A DNA stretch of 34,156 bases, from the sequence record SRR22947727_617, one strand, 5' to 3'. Below the pieces are notes generated by a model that made no database searches, was not told where the DNA came from, and worked only from the letters and a program-made list of their open reading frames with translations. This document shows positions 28,723-34,156 of the stretch, in pieces (position 1 is the stretch's first letter; every line of letters starts with the position of its first letter). The translations under genes and the position numbers were made by a program.

Positions 28723-29516
28723 ACATAGATTATACTTACTTAGGTAAAAATCCGATTGATAAGCTAAAATTTTTAATGAAGGAATTACGAGAAAAATGCC
28801 CCTGGGATTCTGTACAAACATATGAAAGCATCGCTCCATATACGATAGAAGAAGCTTATGAAGTTTCAGAAGCAATAAATAATAAAGATATGAAAGCATT
28901 GAAAGAAGAACTTGGAGATTTACTTTTCCAAGTGCTCTTTCAATCTAAAATAGCAGAAGAAGATGAATTTTTTAATTTTGATGATGTATGCAATTCACTT
29001 TTCAATAAAATGATTACTAGACACCCCCATGTATTTGATCGCAATAGCGATAATTCAGATTTAAAATTAATTGAAAGATGGGAAAAAATAAAAGAAGCTG
29101 AAAGGGATAAAAAGGGTTATGAAAGTATATTGGATGATATACCAGTTGCCCTCCCTGAACTTATGCGGGCAATAAAGTTGCAAAAAAGAGCGGCTCGTGT
29201 TAAATTTGACTGGCCTAATATAGATGGTGTCCTAGATAAAATAATTGAAGAGTCCAAAGAGTTAGCTAAAGCAATAAACACTAAATCTTGTGAATCAATG
29301 AGAGAAGAAGTTGGTGATTTATTATTTACCTTAGTTAATCTTTCTCGAAAACTTAACGTTGATCCAGAGTTAGCATTACGCGCTACTAATACAAAATTCA
29401 TTAAAAGATTTAGCTATATAGAGAAAACTATAGATATTAGTGGAGCAGACATCAACAATGTCGCTCAAAGTAAACTTGAGGAGTTATGGTTGAAATCAAA
29501 AAATATTGGTTTATAA
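28719..29516 (+). CDS. mazG: Nucleoside triphosphate pyrophosphohydrolase MazG
   Basis: CPWD..QT, YTIEEAYEV, EELGDLLFQV, RHPHVF, FDW, EEVGDLLF, KFIKRF (tandem MazG domains). Confidence 0.97.
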   Translation: MNIDYTYLGKNPIDKLKFLMKELREKCPWDSVQTYESIAPYTIEEAYEVSEAINNKDMKALKEELGDLLFQVLFQSKIAEEDEFFNFDDVCNSLFNKMITRHPHVFDRNSDNSDLKLIERWEKIKEAERDKKGYESILDDIPVALPELMRAIKLQKRAARVKFDWPNIDGVLDKIIEESKELAKAINTKSCESMREEVGDLLFTLVNLSRKLNVDPELALRATNTKFIKRFSYIEKTIDISGADINNVAQSKLEELWLKSKNIGL

Positions 29517-30818
29517 ATTTAAAAAATGTGTTCGGAATTTACCGATATCAGAATCAGATAATTTCACTTGTATTTCACAATTACCATTACGGCGCATATC
29601 CTCTTTAATTACTGTTCCATTCTTGTACAACCAGGCTCTGGCTTTATAGTCACTAGGTGTAATATCTACTGATATAATTTCATCGCCCTTAGTAAGTTGT
29701 TTTTCAATTCCACTCCTTAGCTTAAATAAACCAGTAGAGTCTAAACAGCTAATTGGATAAGCTGAAATCCCTTCATCGATTTGGGATAAGGTTTCAGCTC
29801 GTTCAAAAATTAATTGTAGTTCATCTGGGTCAATTTTATCAACCTTATTCCACACCTCGATTATTGGCTGCCCATGTTTTGGGCCAGCATAGATAAGATC
29901 TAAAACCTTCAAAACTTCATTTTTTCTTCGTTCTGTTAAAGGATCACTTATATCACGGACATGCAAGATTAAGTCTGCTTCTTTTACTTCTTCTAGAGTT
30001 GCTCTGAAGGCGGTAATTAGATCAGTAGGCAAGTCAGATATAAAACCAACAGTATCAGACAAAACAGCAGACTGACCGTTCGGTAATTGCAATACCCTAT
30101 GTGTTGTGTCCAACGTAGCAAATAACATATCTTTAGCTAAAACATCGCCTTCAGTTACCATATTAAACAACGAAGACTTACCAGCATTTGTGTAACCAAC
30201 TAAAGAAAGAACTTTTTCTGGAGCCCTTTTCCTTTTTTTTCTTTGGAGACCTCGGGTTTTTCTAACGTACTCCAACTCTTTCTTTAGCTTAGCCATCTTG
30301 TCGTTTAAAACTCTTCGGTCACTTTCAATCTGAGTTTCACCCGGACCTGCGAGTCCCCCTGTACCGCCACGTTGTCTTTCTAGATGAGTCCAGGTTCTAA
30401 CAAGTCGAGACCTTTCATAACCTAGTCTTGCTAACTCAACTTGTAATTTACCTTCTTTAGTTGCAGCGCGTATTCCAAATATTTCTAATATCAATCCCGT
30501 ACGGTCTATTACTTTTACTTTCCATAAACGTTCAAGATTTCGTTGTTGAACCGGTGACAAACTGGCATTGATTATAATGATTCCAGCTCCATGAACTAAA
30601 CACTCATCTCCTATTTTTTTAATTTGACCAGACCCAAAGAAATTTGCAACTCTTAGATCTCTAATAGAAATTATTCTGGCACTTTTAGTATCAACTCCTA
30701 GCGCATGGGCTAAGCCAATGACCTCATTTAAGTCATGCTCAACTTCATTCTTTCGATGGTTGGAATATCTTGGATGATATACAAGAGCATTAATAAGTTT
30801 ATCATCTCTTTCTATCAT
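29511..30818 (-). CDS. hflX: GTPase HflX
   Basis: LSPVQQRNLE, DRTGLILEIF, GPGETQIE, GYTNAGKS, LFATLD, DTVG, NKVD. Confidence 0.98.
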   Translation of the reverse strand: MIERDDKLINALVYHPRYSNHRKNEVEHDLNEVIGLAHALGVDTKSARIISIRDLRVANFFGSGQIKKIGDECLVHGAGIIIINASLSPVQQRNLERLWKVKVIDRTGLILEIFGIRAATKEGKLQVELARLGYERSRLVRTWTHLERQRGGTGGLAGPGETQIESDRRVLNDKMAKLKKELEYVRKTRGLQRKKRKRAPEKVLSLVGYTNAGKSSLFNMVTEGDVLAKDMLFATLDTTHRVLQLPNGQSAVLSDTVGFISDLPTDLITAFRATLEEVKEADLILHVRDISDPLTERRKNEVLKVLDLIYAGPKHGQPIIEVWNKVDKIDPDELQLIFERAETLSQIDEGISAYPISCLDSTGLFKLRSGIEKQLTKGDEIISVDITPSDYKARAWLYKNGTVIKEDMRRNGNCEIQVKLSDSDIGKFRTHFLNL

Positions 30819-30852
30819 GTAAAATTAAGTCTGAAATAAAGGTACATAAAAT

Positions 30853-31092
30853 TTATTTTTCTTCATCAATAAAAAGTGATACAGATTCTGATGGCATAAT
30901 TGTAGATATTGCGTGCTTATAAACCATTTGCATTTGTCCATCTCTAACAAGTAATATACAAAAATTATCAAACCATGTTACAACACCCTGTAATTTTACT
31001 CCATTTACCAAAAATATTGTCAATGAAGTTTTAGTTTTCCTAACAGAATTAAGAAATGTATCTTGAAGATTATTTTTTTTATCATCTGCCAT
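30853..31092 (-). CDS. hfq: RNA chaperone Hfq
   Basis: [34 protein letters not shown]; short acidic tail. Confidence 0.99.
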   Translation of the reverse strand: MADDKKNNLQDTFLNSVRKTKTSLTIFLVNGVKLQGVVTWFDNFCILLVRDGQMQMVYKHAISTIMPSESVSLFIDEEK

Positions 31093-31213
31093 AACATTTA
31101 TCCTAGTTTAATTTAAATAACTCCGAAAGTAAGTAAAATTATGCACATATCCATTGCAAGTTATTTTAACGTGATTCTGACATTTAATAGGATATACTAT
31201 CTGCAAAAGGCTA

Positions 31214-32653
31214 TTATTGCCTCCAAAAAGACGATGTGAACAAAATTAGTACAGCTAAAATTTCAACTCTTCCAGAAATCATAAAAAAAGATGAAATTAT
31301 TTTTTGTTGGTCAGATAACTCTATAACAGAAAAGCCACTATCAGGATTAATATATTGCAATAACGGTCCAAAATTACTTATGGAAGCAGCACCTAAAATT
31401 ACTGAATTCTCAAACATAAGTCCGCTTGCGCCGAGAAGGCAGATACTTATTCCTAAAAATAAAGTATAGCCAAAAAAGTACATCCAGATCGATAAGAATG
31501 CTCTATCGGGTATATGTTGACCTCTAAAAAGTACTGGAAGCATTCGTGAAGGATGCGATAATCGCTTTATGTCAGTACTTAAATGCCTAAAAAGTAATAA
31601 AATACGTATAATTTTTAATCCACCCGCTGTAGATAAAGCAGACCCCCCTATTAAACATAGCGAAATGAGAATTACAGGCGGGACTATTTCCAAACCATCG
31701 ATTGCATAATTAAAACCAGTTGTACTGATGAAAAATATACTCTCAATTAGTATTGCAAAAAAACTACCAAAGGATCCATAAATCAAGCCAATTAAAAATA
31801 ATACTAAAATAAAAACCATTAATACTTTATGCTCTATATTCTTAAAAAGACTATGAAATCCTCTCATACTTTTAAGTCGAAAACAATCATGCAATACAGC
31901 AACATTCATAGATCCAATTAAACAAGTTATTGATAATATAAATACACCAACATGATTTATATAATTACTCAGCGGCTCACTTTTAGGCATGAGACCTCCA
32001 GTAGATACTCCACTCAATGATAGACATAGTGCGTCAAACATATTTGAGCCTGAAAAAATCATCAGTAGCATTGAGAGAAAGGTTACTAATATATATATCA
32101 CTCCAACTATTCGACCTATGCTTAAGATTCTTAAAAAAAGTTGCCCTTTCTCTAAAGTGAAGAGCAAAGACTTATGTATTCCAGTACCAAAAAGATTTAA
32201 AGCAGCTAGTACTACAACAGCAAATGTGGCAGCACATACTCCACCAAACCATTGCAAAATAGAGCGCCACAGGATTATAGCTTGCGATAAATCGTCAGTT
32301 ATTAAAGATGAGGTACCCGTTGTTGTAAAAGCAGAAACTGACTCAAAATAAGCAGAGATAAAACCATCGGTGACTCCTAATACGATATAAGGTATCATAC
32401 CAACAGCTGGCACAATAATCCAAAATAGTAATAAAAAAAGTAACGCTTCAGAATTACCTTCTCGATTTGAGGTATTATGGGTTAAGAGATTTAAGGTAAA
32501 ACCAATTGTAAAGACAACCAGGCTAACAATTAAGAAGATAAATGAAGATTTATAATCGTCGAGAAAAAATATACAAAATGAGGTTAATCCTAATAAAGCT
32601 GCACAAATAACGAAGGTATTTCCTAGCCAATATATAATTCGTGTAACAGCCAT
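31214..32653 (-). CDS. trkH: Trk potassium uptake membrane protein
   Basis: Four pore loops SAFTTTG, VSTGG, ISTTGF, ISNFGP; WRSILQWFGG, STAGGLK, GRVE. Confidence 0.92.
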   Translation of the reverse strand: MAVTRIIYWLGNTFVICAALLGLTSFCIFFLDDYKSSFIFLIVSLVVFTIGFTLNLLTHNTSNREGNSEALLFLLLFWIIVPAVGMIPYIVLGVTDGFISAYFESVSAFTTTGTSSLITDDLSQAIILWRSILQWFGGVCAATFAVVVLAALNLFGTGIHKSLLFTLEKGQLFLRILSIGRIVGVIYILVTFLSMLLMIFSGSNMFDALCLSLSGVSTGGLMPKSEPLSNYINHVGVFILSITCLIGSMNVAVLHDCFRLKSMRGFHSLFKNIEHKVLMVFILVLFLIGLIYGSFGSFFAILIESIFFISTTGFNYAIDGLEIVPPVILISLCLIGGSALSTAGGLKIIRILLLFRHLSTDIKRLSHPSRMLPVLFRGQHIPDRAFLSIWMYFFGYTLFLGISICLLGASGLMFENSVILGAASISNFGPLLQYINPDSGFSVIELSDQQKIISSFFMISGRVEILAVLILFTSSFWRQ

Positions 32654-32662
32654 TTTAGTTAA

Positions 32663-34036
32663 TTAAAAATAATCTGAGCTTACACGAAATAATTGCTCTA
32701 TTTCTTTCATTGCAATTTTTTCAGCAAGAAGAACAACGTGATCACCAGATTTAATTATAGTATCGGCAGTAGGATAAATCACTTTATCATCATGAATAAT
32801 AGCACCTATAGAAATTCCATCTACAAGATTTGACTCAGAAATAGATTTCCCACACAAAGAAGATGTATCTAATACTTCACCTTCCATAATTTCTGCTTGG
32901 CCTTGTTCCAAAGAATAAACATCCAATATCTTACCTTGCCTCACATGCCTTAATATAGATGATATTGTAGTTGCTCTAGGATCTACAACCATACTTATAC
33001 CTAGCTCAGCCTGTAAATCTCTCATAGATAATTCATTTATTAAGCTAATTGTTTGTTTTGCCCCAATTTTTTTTGCGAGTACTGCGCAAAGAATATTAGT
33101 TTTATCATCATTAGTTAAACATATTACCAATTCTGAATTAGCTACTCCAGCTTCTTCTTGAATTTCAGAATCCATAGCATCACCATTTAAAATAACAGTG
33201 CGCTTGAGTGTTTCTGCAGCTATTTCAGCTTGCATTGCATCACTCTCTATCAATCGCACTCGAACATTGGAAATACTTTCCAGCTCCTTTGCAACATATG
33301 CACCAATATTGCCTGCACCTACTATTACTATTTGCCTTGCTAAATTATCCCTACTACCTGCAATTTCTAATAACCTTTCTGAGTGCTCTGATTTAGTTAT
33401 AAAATAAGCATCATCTCCAACAATTAACGGATCATCTGGCAAAGGTGCAAATATCAATCCATCTCTCTTCACACCTACAACAGCGGCATGAAGTCCAGGA
33501 AAAAGATCAGGTATTTGCTTGATTGGAGTATCTATTATGGGGCAATCTTCATAAATTTTTATACCTAGCATAGTAACTTTTCCTCTTCCAAAACTTACTA
33601 CATCAAATGCTCCAGGAGTTTTCAATCGCCTCAGTATAGATTGAGCAATTTCGATCTCAGGTGATATTATAATGTCAATAGGCATATTATCAGAGCTGTA
33701 CAAATCTGAATACTCTTTCAATAAGTAATTCTGAGCTCTAACTCTTGCTACTTTTGTCGGAACACTGAAAAGTGAATGAGCTACTTGGCAGGCAATCATG
33801 TTAACTTCATCAGTGTAGGTAACTGCAATTATCATATCAGCATTTTCAACACCTGCTTGTTTTAATATTACTGGGTCTGAACCATGCCCCACTAAACCCT
33901 TGACATCCAAATCAGTAGTTATTTTTCTAATTAAAGATGGGGAAGTATCTACAACAGTTACATCATTATTTTCTGATGCTAAACGAGAAGCAATACCAAA
34001 ACCAACTCGTCCTGCACCGCAAATTACAACTTTCAT
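32663..34036 (-). CDS. trkA: Trk potassium uptake protein TrkA
   Basis: Two RCK units with ICGAGRVG and IVGAGNIG, DEVNM, ISPE; 457 aa. Confidence 0.97.
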   Translation of the reverse strand: MKVVICGAGRVGFGIASRLASENNDVTVVDTSPSLIRKITTDLDVKGLVGHGSDPVILKQAGVENADMIIAVTYTDEVNMIACQVAHSLFSVPTKVARVRAQNYLLKEYSDLYSSDNMPIDIIISPEIEIAQSILRRLKTPGAFDVVSFGRGKVTMLGIKIYEDCPIIDTPIKQIPDLFPGLHAAVVGVKRDGLIFAPLPDDPLIVGDDAYFITKSEHSERLLEIAGSRDNLARQIVIVGAGNIGAYVAKELESISNVRVRLIESDAMQAEIAAETLKRTVILNGDAMDSEIQEEAGVANSELVICLTNDDKTNILCAVLAKKIGAKQTISLINELSMRDLQAELGISMVVDPRATTISSILRHVRQGKILDVYSLEQGQAEIMEGEVLDTSSLCGKSISESNLVDGISIGAIIHDDKVIYPTADTIIKSGDHVVLLAEKIAMKEIEQLFRVSSDYF

Positions 34037-34080
34037 ATCATAAATCCTTTAATTGATAAAAGTAATGGGTCCTTATTGGG

Positions 34081-34156
34081 TTATAATTTACTTTTTAATT
34101 CTGTTCCATCACGATCATTCGAGCTTAACCCTAGTGACTTAAGTTTACGATGCAAG
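34081..34156 (-). CDS. ntrX: C-terminal end of an NtrX-like sigma54-family response regulator (truncated by the window)
   Basis: Minus strand reads LHRKLKSLGLSSNDRDGTELKSKL*. LHRKLKSLG is the NtrX Fis-type HTH end, and ntrX-trkA-hfq order is conserved. Not in the ORF track. Confidence 0.85.
   Translation of the reverse strand, partial: LHRKLKSLGLSSNDRDGTELKSKL

Noticed and set aside
28719..29516. mazG (or the NYN gene) as part of a toxin-antitoxin or anti-phage system
   Set aside because: This is the full-length two-domain housekeeping MazG in its usual hflX context, with no mazEF or defence genes; the NYN gene is also in its conserved core position.

Overview
A very densely packed, AT-rich (roughly one third GC by eye) core-genome segment of an alphaproteobacterium. 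The Hfq sequence and the gene order (thiG-thiS <> aroQ-accB-accC; ntrX-trkA-trkH-hfq-hflX >< mazG; rpoZ-spoT-pyrE-pdxJ-acpS-lepB-rnc-era-recO; smpB-dapA <> lytic transglycosylase) point to a Caulobacterales/Maricaulales/Hyphomonadales-type lineage, probably a streamlined aquatic one (inference). It holds 39 CDS, including two the ORF track misses or mis-starts: a 35-aa ccmD and the 3' end of ntrX at the right edge. I see no rRNA, tRNA, IS, prophage or CRISPR. Nearly everything is housekeeping, and I cannot support a clearly new biological system. The most unusual items are: (i) a rearranged block with crtY-crtI-crtB directly behind a lone ccmE that is divergent from ccmABCD-mazG, with no ccmF/G/H or crtE/blh/rhodopsin nearby; (ii) a translationally coupled amidohydrolase pair whose second member looks catalytically dead; (iii) a full-consensus CtrA box between dapA and the lytic transglycosylase; (iv) thiSG followed closely by an MFS exporter, with no room for a riboswitch.
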